From a bacterium (GTDB taxonomy: Bacteria; UBA8248), in contig CBDBZY010000064.1 in assembly GCA_965213685.1 (NCBI GenBank), positions 576,001 through 640,000 on the forward strand: a stretch of DNA of 64,000 nucleotides, given 5' to 3'. The notes under the pieces are model-generated. The model saw nothing but the letters and a program-made list of their open reading frames with translations, made no database searches and had not been told where the DNA came from. Below are positions 43,461 to 54,680 of the stretch, piece after piece. A program made the position numbers and the translations under genes. How positions within the stretch are numbered: the first letter of the stretch is position 1; each line of letters starts with the position of its first letter.

Positions 43461-44158
43461 TGAAGTCGAAGGAGAACTCTAACTGTGACAAACCAAGCCT
43501 TTACAATCACAACTAGATTTCACTCAGGCAAGCAGAAGAAGAGAGTTGGATCGTGCTCTGCCAAGATATTTGTAAAATTCCATAGCACAATGTTTCTGCC
43601 CACGGCCTTCCTCAGGTGTACAATGGACAGACTGAGACTACTTAGCAATTTGTACAACAGTTCATACCAACAAAAGTGCACAGCAGGTACATGTATGTAG
43701 ATGATGCGCATGGTGACAAAGCTTATCAGTGAATGAATGGGTATATATGATCATCTATAAGGATTCCATGCTTAGGTTCATTCCCTTTTGTGTCCAGGGT
43801 GGAGACCCATCTGCTCTCCCTGATCTTTTGCATAATTCCTTGGAGGACGTTCCTGACATCTGTTCAGTGCCAGCTGCTGTGATCAAACATGTAACTGCAT
43901 ATTTGTGGGTTAAAATGACCATGGACTTCTTGCAGTTTGATTGACATGTAAAGAAGTATAGACACATGAGTTTAGGAGTGTGGCCTGCGGGCACACGATT
44001 GGAAATGAATCACATGCCCGTATACCCTCCGCGGACTAGTCACGTGCGTGAGTGTTGGAAAAAGGAGAAATCAAAATTGAGGTCGGAAGAAGTAGTGACA
44101 TCCAAATCCTTACACTGGTCATTGACTACAATTTTAAATTCGTTCAGATGATTATTGT

Positions 44159-47100
44159 AAAGAAAAGGAGCTTCGCGAAGATAATAATGAACAACTGAAC
44201 ATTTGTGGTAATTCAGTAAGATCGCTTTGGAATAGGGAACAGTCTTCCATAGAAGAGATATCTTTGGAGCACTTCACATCATCTGCAAAAAGAAATAGTG
44301 TGCTGAACTTGGAGAAAGCTGGAATATCATTGATAAAGATCAGAAATAATAAAGGGCCCAAAATGCTGCCCTGGGGCACACCCGACACGACAGGAAGAAA
44401 GTCAGATACTGTACCATTAACTGAAACACACTGTACCCGTTTGGTTAGGTATGCACGAAGCCACTCCCACAGGTTATCTGTAATTCCGAAGCTCCACAAT
44501 TTGTGCAGTAATATATTATGGACAATGGAGTCAAAGGCCTTCTTGAAGTCCAAATATATTACATCACCTTGACAAGCATAACACAGTTTCTCAAAAAGAC
44601 ACTCGAAGAAAAATATAAGTTGCTGTAATTTGGAACGATTTGGCAAGAACCCAAATTGACAGGGCGACACATAAGTGTCCACAAATTCAATAACGTTCTG
44701 GTGAACAAACTTTTCAAGGACCTTTGAGATGGAACTTAGCAGTGAAGTTGGTCTGTAGTTTTCGATTGATGCTATATCAGATTTATGGATGGGGTTTATT
44801 ATGTGCACCCGCCAGTCTTGAGGGAGATAATGCTGAGACAAACTCAGATGATGCAGTGAGACTGACAGGGGACAGTTGTGTTAAACATGGAGTGGAAATA
44901 TTGCTGGTAGGTTATAACTACCTGTGATACTCCAAACATATTTGTACACAACTGAGGAATTACCAGAGTGTAGTGATTTGATTAGGTTGGTCTCAAAAAG
45001 AGATTTGGCATTTAACATCTTAAGTTCCAGTAAAAGTTCAGAATTAATCCTGGATCTGAGGTTACTTGAAGGGTGATATAAAGACACAAAGACACTTTAA
45101 ATGATGCCGAATGTCAGAATCAAACCACTTTGGGCTATTATGCATGTTTACACGAACTTTAGGAACAAACATTGATATAGCACTGATTTGATGAAAAACC
45201 AGACAAACTCAATATCATTACAAGAAAAACAAGAACTGAAGTCAACATCCATCAGGTAATAACAAATGCTACCATAATCTGTTTTGGAGTAATCCAAGAC
45301 ATAGGAAGGCCCAAACTTAGTATAGTGTTTCAATACATTGAAGGAGAAAAACTGATAACACAGTGATCTGATAAAAGAGTGACAGATGCTGAAGATAAAA
45401 CTAGATCAAGGATATTTCCTTTAACATGAGTAGGCAGTGACACATGTTGGGTAAGATTACAATCATATATGAAATCACAAAACTTATTAGATAATTCAGA
45501 GGAGGCAAAAAGGGATGACCGATGATATCAGGAAAGTTGAAATCTTCTACAATGATACAGTGAACTGAGGATGATTGTAAATCAGTGAGATAATCAATGA
45601 GTAAACCAACATATATATGAATGACTAGCTGAGGGTGGAACATAGACACAGCATATCAGAGAGTCGGTAGACTCTCTATGTAAGGATGGCGCCGATACTC
45701 CCATAGTGCGCGTACATTGGAAAGCCTTCTTAACTCGCGAATACTCGCGTTTTAAGCCTTTCTCGGCACGCGAATGGCCTATTCAACCGCTTCTCTACCC
45801 AATGATACCCCACAAGTAGCTAGAATGCATTCCTTGACTTACTGCCAGATAATGGACGAAAGGTGATTTTGTTTTTCTTTCTTATTCTTCTTCTTCTTCT
45901 TCTTCTTACGAGATTTCTTTCAAACGACTTTACTCGAAACTGGCTGAAGTAATCACCATAGTTCTTTCACAGATCCACTGTAATCACTACGAAGTATGAT
46001 CTGTGCTAACAAAATGTTAGTATCTTCTCTACTATGGACAGAATCTAGAACCCCAGACAACTTTACCATATTTGGAAGCCATTTTCTAATAATTATTGTC
46101 GCGTGGCGCAAATTGTAAGCACGTGAGGGCGGGCCTCGCGAAGCCACGCCTATTAATTTCTTGATGGCCAAGGCTACTCGTCTTTTGTCACTGAAAAGAG
46201 CGCGTTCTTACTTCGCCGTACAATTGTACAACGAACATTAATGTAACTGGTATGAGTTAGCTAGTCAGATACACTGGGGCTCAGCCAGGCTCCCAACTTC
46301 GTAAGTGACAGATCACGAGGTTTACCCACTCGTATCTCCGCCGCTGACTAGTAGCAACGGCTGCTCTGATCACTGACATGTTTGTTGGATTTTGAATGAA
46401 ACTTGCAAGAACATTTTGTGTACTATTGTACAAGAAAAAGTACACAAACAAGTATGAAAAATATTTTCCAAAAATGTAGAGGGATGTAGGGATGGCAGTG
46501 CCAAAAACCACAGAAACTAAGTGTAGAGATGGCAGTGTACAGGCAAGACAGGTTATAAAAAGACTACACAAGTAACCCCATCCCTACATCTTTCTTTTTT
46601 CTCACCACATGGCATTGATGTTCCCAGAATTCTCATTGCTAAATTCACAGAACAATTTCAAGTAAAAAGAAAGATGTAGGGATGGGGTTGCTTGTGTAGT
46701 CTTTTTATAACCTGTCTTGCCTGTACACTGCCATCTCTACACCTAGTTTCTGTGGTTTTTGGCACTGCCATCCCTACATCCCTCTACATTTTTGGAAAAT
46801 GTTTTTCATACTTGTAACAAACTTGTGATGAAGACCTAACTTAACTGTTACAACCTCAAGATCAGGAGGTGAAGGCAAAGTGACAGAATGATATGAGCTT
46901 ACAAAAGACAACACCACCACGAGAAGGTCTATCTTTACGATATAAATTATCTCATGGTCATGAATATTATCAGACAACCAGGTCTCACAAACACAAAATA
47001 TTTCAAAATCATGGGAGTACACAAATAAAGACATTATATTAACAAGGCTACACACATTACAAAGACAAACAGTGACAGTCATAATACTATCGACCGGGTT

Positions 47101-48150
47101 ATGTGGAATAGGAAGAGAAGGACCAGGAAGAGATGAAGGAGAGTCAGAAGGTGCAGAGAGAGGTTGTGAAGGAACAGAAGCAGAAGAGGAAGAGTTAGAT
47201 GGAGCTCACTGGTGATGGAGAGGATGTAGGAGTTGTGGAGCTGGCAGTCATGTTCATGACTTTATCAGACGACTTGGAAGTCACAAGGGCTTGTAATCTT
47301 GAATGGAACTCGTTTGTGGCTGATTTGTAGATGTTGTAATGGCAACATTCCCAGAGCTTGTGAGGTCATCCATGGAAGAAAGTGCAGATTGTTGAGGCTG
47401 TTCAGAAACAAAGGTTCTGTCAATGACACGACCATACAGCTTTTTGTGCACATAGAGCACTGCAAAAATAGAATTGCTGTTTTAACAAAGACCTTTGTCA
47501 TGTGCGTTGCACATCTGTATCCCTCTCCATACTTCCCTCCCACTTACTACACAATCACAACCTTTCCTTATCATGTGGCCACAGCACACCCCAAAACAGC
47601 TGTCATGATAAAAATTTGTAGTATATAGGAGTAGAATTTACATGGCCCTACAACTTATGTGACAAAGGTCTTTGTTAAAACAACAATGTCATTTTTGCTG
47701 TGAGGTAATCACCTCTGATCGCGATGAATTTGCGGTCAACGCCATTTTGAATCAATTTTCATCTCTGTTTCAACAACGGGGAATTCTGAACACGTTGAAA
47801 TGGAAGGTCAGGTTTGAGTGAGAAGGGATGGGAAGGGTTAGATCTTTTGGTGAGGATTCTGTTGGCATCAGCAACCCTGAAGAATCTGATGAGAATTGGC
47901 CTTGGACGAGATGACTGTGAAAATTTCCCTAATCTGAAGCAGTCACTTATGGAAAGTGACTGAAAGGTGGGATCAATGGATGAAAGAGCTGACACTACGC
48001 TGGAGGTCAGAGTCCTGCCGAGCAGATCTAGACATGCCTGAAGGGCATTCCTGCACATCGTAGAGTACAACATTGAGTTTCTTTGCATGGTTAGCTTCAC
48101 GGGATGAGGAGAGGTCAGATGAGGCAGCAGGCAAGGTAGGTGATGTAGCT
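44159..48150 (-). mobile_element. Decayed CR1-group LINE (ORF1, APE endonuclease and RT remnants) with nested insertions
   Basis: ORF1-like NVVLYDVQE...DCFRLGKF...RPRPILIRF (47760-48110). Endonuclease: CVCETWL, CCVYVPP, DFNFPDI, SDH. RT: NYRPTSLL, QFGF, YLDFKKAFD, GVPQGSILGPLLF, FADD (44152-44841). Many frameshifts. Confidence 0.9.
45655..46814 (-). mobile_element. Helentron/HINE-like element inserted in the LINE endonuclease
   Basis: Same layout as 16647-17975. Removing it restores the in-frame LINE sequence KFV-I-CCVYVPP with no TSD. Confidence 0.65.
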
Positions 48151-48155
48151 GGCTT

Positions 48156-48700
48156 CAGCATTTGCTGAACATGCATGGAAGTCTGACCACCAAATCGACT
48201 GGGAGAGAGCACGTGTCCTGGACTCCTGCAGGTATTTGTATGCCAGGTGCATGCTGGAATCATGGCACATCAACCAACTTGCTGACCCATTGAACAGAGA
48301 GCGAGGCCCCCTGCCGAATATATATTGTTCACTTTTGTCTTCATAACTTGTCCTTCTTTGTCTTCGTACTTACATGTGTTCGTAACTTGTCTTCCTTTTG
48401 TCCCTTGTCATTGTCACTTATCACTGTCATCATTGTCACTTATCACTGTCATTATGGTTGCTGTGGTTTGTGTAATGACTAGACTAAGTGTGAATGACCA
48501 TTGTTTGCATAATTGTTTATCCGTTGTTTTTCATTTTTGCTGTCTTACACTTGCGTCTATTTATACCACCTGCCTTCACCCTTCTCCATTCCCTGATGAT
48601 GATACTGGTATGAGTGTTGAAACGTCGGATATAAGTCAATCCTGGCTAGAGTTACCTAAGATAATTATATTAGCTATGTTGAGTCTTGCTCTTGGGCGGC
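48156..48700 (+). mobile_element. Penelope-like element 3' fragment (GIY-YIG C-terminus plus pLTR region)
   Basis: 48156-48347 translates SAFAEHAWKSDHQIDWERARVLD...RCMLESWHI...LNRERGPLPNIY*, typical of PLE GIY-YIG ends. A hammerhead motif follows. Confidence 0.85.
48590..48629 (+). ncRNA. Minimal type I hammerhead ribozyme (Penelope-associated)
   Basis: TCC-CTGATGA-T-GATACT-ggtatg-AGTGTT-GAAAC-GTC-GGA: conserved core, stem I TCC/GGA, stem II with G-U pairs and a minimal stem III. Predicted cleavage after C48626. Confidence 0.75.
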
Positions 48701-49150
48701 ATTAGGAGGACGCGCGTCTGCGCCTCACGTGAAAAGCGCATGTGCGCGTGCGTATGTGATGTCACCCGAAGTTGCCCAAATACGTAAGACCGGTGAGACT
48801 ACTAAGCCTAGTTTTTATTTTCCTGCGAGTTCAGTAGTCTCATATTGCTTTTCTGCAACTAGCACAGCCGTACATGCATGTTTTCGTAGGCTCGTGTACA
48901 GGTTGGAGTTAGGTATAGGTGCAGACAATATATAAGGCCGCAGTATCAGAGGCAGAGGCAGCTCACGTGATAGCCAATTCAGAGGGTGGAGACTGCAAAT
49001 TAGCCAATAATGAACCGGTGCGCGGGTGGTTTTAGCGGCGACGAGAAACTGACAATCTAGTTTGTGTGGCCTAGGAGAGTGAAAATAGCCATACATTAAC
49101 AGTTACACTGTATCGTTGGCATTTAATCAAGTCGGTAAATAAGGACGAAT

Positions 49151-50686
49151 ATGTGTACCCACTATAGAACGTCTCCCAACAAGAAGAAGGTTCTCATTGG
49201 CTATACAGTCTGCCTGACGCTTGTTGTGCTCACTTTGTTGAGCGTAAAGCAAGAAATCCAGTCTCCTATCGCCAACAACAGTGTCACGGCTGTGTACACC
49301 GGGGAGAGGACAAGCTCGCTAAGTCAGGCTAACTCAACACTAACGGCGAAGGAAAGAAATGGACACCACGCGGGGAGAGAGAGGGTCAAAGTCCCACAAA
49401 CAGCGGAACAGCGTGGCTACTTGGTGGTTTTGAATTTTCCAGAACAGTTAACTGCAGCCACAGACGACCTAATCCAGTTGTACACGTTTAATCAAAAGCA
49501 CTTGAAGTTGAGAATGATAGAGCCCTATGTACTAGGATCTCATCTGAAAACTGTACCTCCAGTATCTGAAGATTTCAGGTCTCTTCCACTGATTAGTACC
49601 TTCTTGAATAGGACTGCCATGCTTACTATTCTGAAGAGGTGTTTTCATTCAGACCACGTGGACTGGCATCCTTTCCCTGATTTCCTGATCAACGCTGCCC
49701 GACAGTTCGTTGTTGTGACATTTGTTACAGCAAAAGCAACAATGTTAAATGGGAATATTTCTACCTGTAGTTCCAATATGGAACATATTGAATATGTTTT
49801 CAATTATCACTTGAAGAAGGTGAGCAATAGAGCACTTTCCAAGCATGGAGTGAACTACACTTTCAGAGGTGTACATTCACTGTGTGTGAAAGCAATACCT
49901 GGGGAACCTTTCTCCATGAAAGATGTGGTACAGTTCATTAGAACATGGATGACCAACACTTCCCATGGAACTAAAGAACCTTTCTCTCCCCAATTTTCTG
50001 TTGTCATTCCAGAGTGGAGAGCTGTAAAGAACACAGAGGATCCCTTCTACTACTACGATCCTAGTTACACAGGCAGGAATATGACAGGTTCGTGTCAATC
50101 ACGGTCTCTAGCACACACCTCATATGTTACTGAAGCTGCCAAAAGTATGTTCCAACATCTGTCACTCTCTCGACCATTCATTGCTGTACATGTACGTTCT
50201 GAAAGAATCTCAGAACAAGAACTGAAGCGGCACAGAACAGATTTTATCAATAGCTGTATCAGTAATTTTTCAAAGATTCTTCAGGTTGTAATGAAAGTCC
50301 ACAATATATCGCTGGAAAATGTTGTATTTGTTCATGATGGGAGTCAGTATGGTAGTGATTCAATGGGAAGTCAAAAAAGTCAAAAAAGGAGTGCATCCAA
50401 TTACATTATATCAAGAATAAAGGCAATTGGGATTAAAAATGTACAATACAAATCACAAAATAGCCCTATTAACGTCAATTCAAGTGCTACAGAATCTGCA
50501 CTTGTTCAGTTTGTTGAGAAGGAGTTTCTAGTGTCAGCTGATGTTCTTATTGCACTGGGCTATGGTGGGTTCCAGGGCAGTCTCATCAGAAGGTTCAAGG
50601 CAAAGAGCAGTGGTGGAAACAATTGGTACAAACTCTGCTCTGATTTTACAAAAAATGATCGTCTTCCAGTAAACATTTCTTTCTAA
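49151..50686 (+). CDS. Type II membrane GDP-fucose O-fucosyltransferase-like protein (O-FucT/GT-B), 511 aa, single exon
   Basis: Basic tail plus N-terminal TM (KKKVLIGYTVCLTLVVLTLL), a stem region, EQLTAATDDLIQL, PFIAVHVRSE (GDP-fucose-binding Arg motif) and VEKEFLVSADVLIALGYGGFQ. AATAAA follows the stop. Confidence 0.75.
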   Translation: MCTHYRTSPNKKKVLIGYTVCLTLVVLTLLSVKQEIQSPIANNSVTAVYTGERTSSLSQANSTLTAKERNGHHAGRERVKVPQTAEQRGYLVVLNFPEQLTAATDDLIQLYTFNQKHLKLRMIEPYVLGSHLKTVPPVSEDFRSLPLISTFLNRTAMLTILKRCFHSDHVDWHPFPDFLINAARQFVVVTFVTAKATMLNGNISTCSSNMEHIEYVFNYHLKKVSNRALSKHGVNYTFRGVHSLCVKAIPGEPFSMKDVVQFIRTWMTNTSHGTKEPFSPQFSVVIPEWRAVKNTEDPFYYYDPSYTGRNMTGSCQSRSLAHTSYVTEAAKSMFQHLSLSRPFIAVHVRSERISEQELKRHRTDFINSCISNFSKILQVVMKVHNISLENVVFVHDGSQYGSDSMGSQKSQKRSASNYIISRIKAIGIKNVQYKSQNSPINVNSSATESALVQFVEKEFLVSADVLIALGYGGFQGSLIRRFKAKSSGGNNWYKLCSDFTKNDRLPVNISF

Positions 50687-51636
50687 ATAAATGCTGAACT
50701 TCAATGAGTGTAGCTATATAATAATGTAATATGGCACTGCAAAATTTCAGTACAAGAGTGACGAGAATACTTATAGCTCAACATAATGCTACCTTTTTCT
50801 CTGTGATGACTTCCATGGGCATCTTTCTCATCTGCTATACAGATAGTGACAAAGACGTTCTTAATGCTGTGAAAGTTCTGGTGGCACTTTACTTAGCTAA
50901 GGCCGAAAAAAACTTGAGGACACTTTGATCCATCTATAATTATGAGGATTATGAGGTATAGGATAAAAATATGGTCTTTCGTCTAAACCAAGAAATTTTT
51001 TTTACAGATGTTGACTACAATGGAAGAGGCAGCAACAAAGGAGCCAAAGTGAACCTCTCCCTGTATTGCAGCCTTCAATAGGGACAATGCCAAGCAGTAT
51101 TTCCCCTTCATCGAGGAAGATGTCTTCTGTGAGGCACCTAACCTCTCAGCAGCACTTTTTTTGTGGTTTATAATTATAGTTTGGTATTTTTTGTTGTACG
51201 TGCTGATAACCTGTTACCACAGTTTTTGAAACATAATATTATGGTGATCTAATCTGTGCTTGGGTTAGAATAACCTATGGTGACGTTGTATGTATCACAA
51301 CCACTGAAGTTATGTTAATAACATCAAAGATTAAAGAAAGCCTGCAGCAAAGTTAAAACAACCACAATAGATAGCATGGTTACACTAGTGTTTACTATAA
51401 CTCTGCTTTACAGTAAATGTCACTTTGTATTTATAGTTCAATCTTTTGAGCCATAATGAACTACAATGAAGTTAAGTATTAACCACAAAAGATTCAGCTA
51501 AAGTAACTGTGCAGGTGGGTTGCCCCAGTTGCATGCACTTTCACCCAAAATATTGTATGAAAATTTTGCAGTGTACCCATCCCCTGTCAAATTCCTGTCA
51601 TAGCACACATGTAATTACTTTACAATGCCCAACTAC

Positions 51637-52810
51637 TTTTTTTTTTCTATACAAGTGAGATAAGAAGTACAGTACAAAGATATGGGAGGCAACATGTAAA
51701 TAGCTGTAAGCTAATACAAGACATGAGCCCAGTGCAGTAAGTTATGCTTAAAAACAGAAAGAGATGATGATGATCTTATGTCTACTGGTAAAGTATTCCA
51801 AACAGTAATAACGCTAGGTACATATGAAAAATAGAAGTAGTTGGTGCGAGAATGGAGTCTGTGAAATACAGATGAATTGTTTCTCTGTGACAAATGCTGG
51901 TGTAGATTGAAGATACCTGCTGGAAAAACTATGTTTCCACTAACAATGTTGAACATAGTGATGAGCTTAAGATGTTGGCGCCTGACACGAAGAAGAGGTA
52001 AATCAAGACAGTGCAGCATGTTATCATAGTCCATGTCCCAGCATTTCAAGCACACTTTACATGCAAACTTTTGCACTGACTCTAACATTTGAATGTCTCT
52101 CTTGACATGCGGGTCCCACAGCTGAGCAGCATACTCCAAGTGAGGGCGAATACATGTTATGTGTATGGATCGAAGAACAGATGTGTTTGCCCAGAAGTAG
52201 AATTGCCTGTACATCATTCCAATTAGCTTTCTTGCCTTTGAGCACACTTGCTGTATGTGCTCAGACCAAGTAAGAGTTTCAGTGACAAGTATGCCCAGGT
52301 ACCGATAACTCCTAACATGTTCCAGAGCTTCACCATTCAGATGTAGCCCTGAAGATGGTAGTGTAGGCTGTCTCTTTCGTGATGCAATGATGTACTTACA
52401 TTTAGAAGAGTTCAGTGACAGATATAAGCTTTTAATACAGTTGGAAATGCTATTAATATCTGTCTGTAGGTAGACATAATCATTGGAGCACTTGATGGGC
52501 TTCCACAAAAGTATGTCATCAGCATACATCAAGATCAATGCTCCATCAGAGAAGCCAAGATCAGCTACACAATTTATGTATGTCAGAAAGAGCAAGGGGC
52601 CCAGGACAGATCCCTGCGGGACCCCAGATGGAACAGAAGTAGTGCTGGATGATGCTCCTTCAACAACAACATACTGTTTTCTACAACACAGATATGAGGA
52701 GATCCATTGGAGGATGTGTGAGTTAAGCCCAATATCCTTTAGATGCTGAAGTAGAGGAGCATGTGGCACACTGTCAAATGCTTTACGCAAGTCAAAGAAT
52801 ATTAGACATA
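51637..52810 (-). mobile_element. 5'-truncated CR1-group LINE with open RT C-terminus (ORF 52790-51711)
   Basis: FDLRKAFDSVPH, GVPQGSVLGPLLF, YADD, YLG, IRPHLEYA...W, LESVQKFA. A-rich tail at 51637-51646. Confidence 0.92.
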
Positions 52811-53280
52811 TATTGGAGACACCCTACACATTGCCCACATGCCTTCAGTCTTAAGAGTATAGAAGAAATAAGAACTCAGTGTGGGAGCGCCATGATGTCA
52901 TTCAGCTGCAACTGAGATAACCTTAATTAGCAAGGTTAAAATAACCATCTCTTTTTTTGCAGTGAAATAGGTCCATTTCAACTGGGCTTTGTTATCACCA
53001 TACCATTTGTACATGTGGATATAAAATTGGCCAAGCACAGCATGAATACTCAGTAGCTGTACTCTACCACCAGCTCCTCAACTGGTTTGTTCCAGAGCGC
53101 AAAGACAAACACCTTGATAAGGCACACACATGCTGGACTATTGTGCTTTCAATCTTTAAACTGAAACAATACACTTCCACTGTTTTCATAACTATAGAAA
53201 AGTACAGTTTCCATAGAGTATGTGTATGCAAGTCATTCTGAAGCACAACACAGCAATGTTTTGACAATCATTCTCAAGGG

Positions 53281-53292
53281 GCATATAAAGAT
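53281..53292 (+). promoter_or_regulatory. Candidate TATA box of the secreted precursor gene
   Basis: GCATATAAAG ~75 nt upstream of ATG 53361; positional inference only. Confidence 0.4.
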
Positions 53293-53360
53293 GCATGAGC
53301 AATTCCTCTCAGAGCTCCATCCAGCATCACTTTCTTCTCACCAGCCAATTACAGTAAACC

Positions 53361-53948
53361 ATGAAAGGAATCTTGAGCCTTGCCATGGTGCTCCTGGCTA
53401 CAGGACTGCCGTTTGCCCCTACTTCCTGTGTGCCAATTCGTGCTCCACGGGTGGGCCCAGGTACCATCCCATCACTCCAGAGCACTAATGGACAACCCCA
53501 AGCAAGCCGCACTTGGAACATGCCACAGGCTCAGGAAGCATCTCCCAATGAACAAGTGGCAGAGAAGGAACAGCTAAGATCATTGATTCGGGGAGCTTGG
53601 AATATTTATAGGAACAGGCACACCCCCAGTGACGCATCAAACATGCAGACCGACCGGAGTGACTTTGCCACGAGTGGGAAAATCAACCTGGGTGCTCCTA
53701 CTGACCAACTGAATGCTCTTACTCTCCAGCTGTTGAATAGTCAGCCCTCTGCACCTACCCCAACTGAGCCAGTGGCGGAGGCTCAGCGCAAGAGGTACTG
53801 GCCAATCGTTAGGAATTTCCTGGACAACATTCTCTCTCCAACAGACGCGCCAAGTGAGCAGCCTGACACAAATGCACTTGCTGAGAGTCTGGAGAATACC
53901 TTGAATAGGCAAATTCTCGTAGGAGCAGGCCGTCAGCCAGTAGCTTAG
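53361..53948 (+). CDS. Orphan secreted precursor with repeated A-x-x-Q + amphipathic helix units; truncated by MITE
   Basis: Signal peptide MKGILSLAMVLLATGLPFAPTSC; units VAEKEQ-LRSLIRGAWNIYRN and VAEAQ-RKRYWPIVRNFLDNILS. The stop codon is the first TAG of the inserted element. Confidence 0.75.
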   Translation: MKGILSLAMVLLATGLPFAPTSCVPIRAPRVGPGTIPSLQSTNGQPQASRTWNMPQAQEASPNEQVAEKEQLRSLIRGAWNIYRNRHTPSDASNMQTDRSDFATSGKINLGAPTDQLNALTLQLLNSQPSAPTPTEPVAEAQRKRYWPIVRNFLDNILSPTDAPSEQPDTNALAESLENTLNRQILVGAGRQPVA

Positions 53949-54030
53949 TCTAGCACGCTAGACCCTCTCCTTCCGCTATGCGCGCGGCGAAGCCGCGGCG
54001 CAGAAGGAGAGGGTCTAGCGTGATAGACTA
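53946..54030. mobile_element. 85-bp TAG...CTA hairpin element, perfect 9-bp TSD
   Basis: TAGTCTAGCACGCTAGACCCTCTCCTTC...GAAGGAGAGGGTCTAGCGTGATAGACTA flanked by CCAGTAGCT (53937-45, 54031-39). Confidence 0.9.
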
Positions 54031-54299
54031 CCAGTAGCTAGGACTCAGGTCTGGTCATCTATGCGCAAGTTTGTGGGAGACCTCTTCGGTAAGTCGAGCG
54101 GAACCGTGCTTGAGGATTGCACGTGTTCAGATGCGTACAAGTAGGTAAACTTATAATGCGACAGATTTGTAGACGTGCGTACATATAGCAGGTTATGCAC
54201 TACAGCCATGTTGTATATGATTGTAAGAACTACCACGAATATGCGTGTACGTGCATTTTTTTCCTCCGCAATGAGCTCTCCCACTCCTTCCCTCCTGCA

Positions 54300-54630
54300 G
54301 CCCCAAAATGCAGCGTACCGCGGGGAGAGGACAAGCTCGCTAAGTCAGTCACTGCTACTTTGGAAGAAAAAGTGTTCTCTATAAGGGAACAGCCTATCGC
54401 CTTTGCCTGCTGGCTGGGCTCTTTAGCTCTGTCGGTAGAGCGTCAGCATATAAAGCTGAGAATCGTCAGTTCGAGTCCCGCAAGAGTTTTTCTTCCACTT
54501 TCTTTCTATCACTCATATGATACCTTCCCCCCTCATACACTAACTTGGGTTTGGTTGCCCCAGACTTTATTAACCACTTTGTCGATTGAGGGATTATCAT
54601 GTGTCAGGCCCGCCCCCTGGGCTGGCTAGC
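54300..54630 (+). mobile_element. Second tRNA-like (SINE-like) repeat, tRNA-like part ~54417-54489
   Basis: TAGCTCTGTCGGTAGAGCG, arm TCAGC-ATATAAA-GCTGA, GTTCGAGTCC, then a T-run. The upstream GGGAA...CGCCTTTGCCT resembles 36980-36998. Boundaries are uncertain. Confidence 0.55.
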
Positions 54631-54680
54631 CTTAAAAATCTATACATAATACAATGACACAAGAAGAGTTAAATTGGTGT

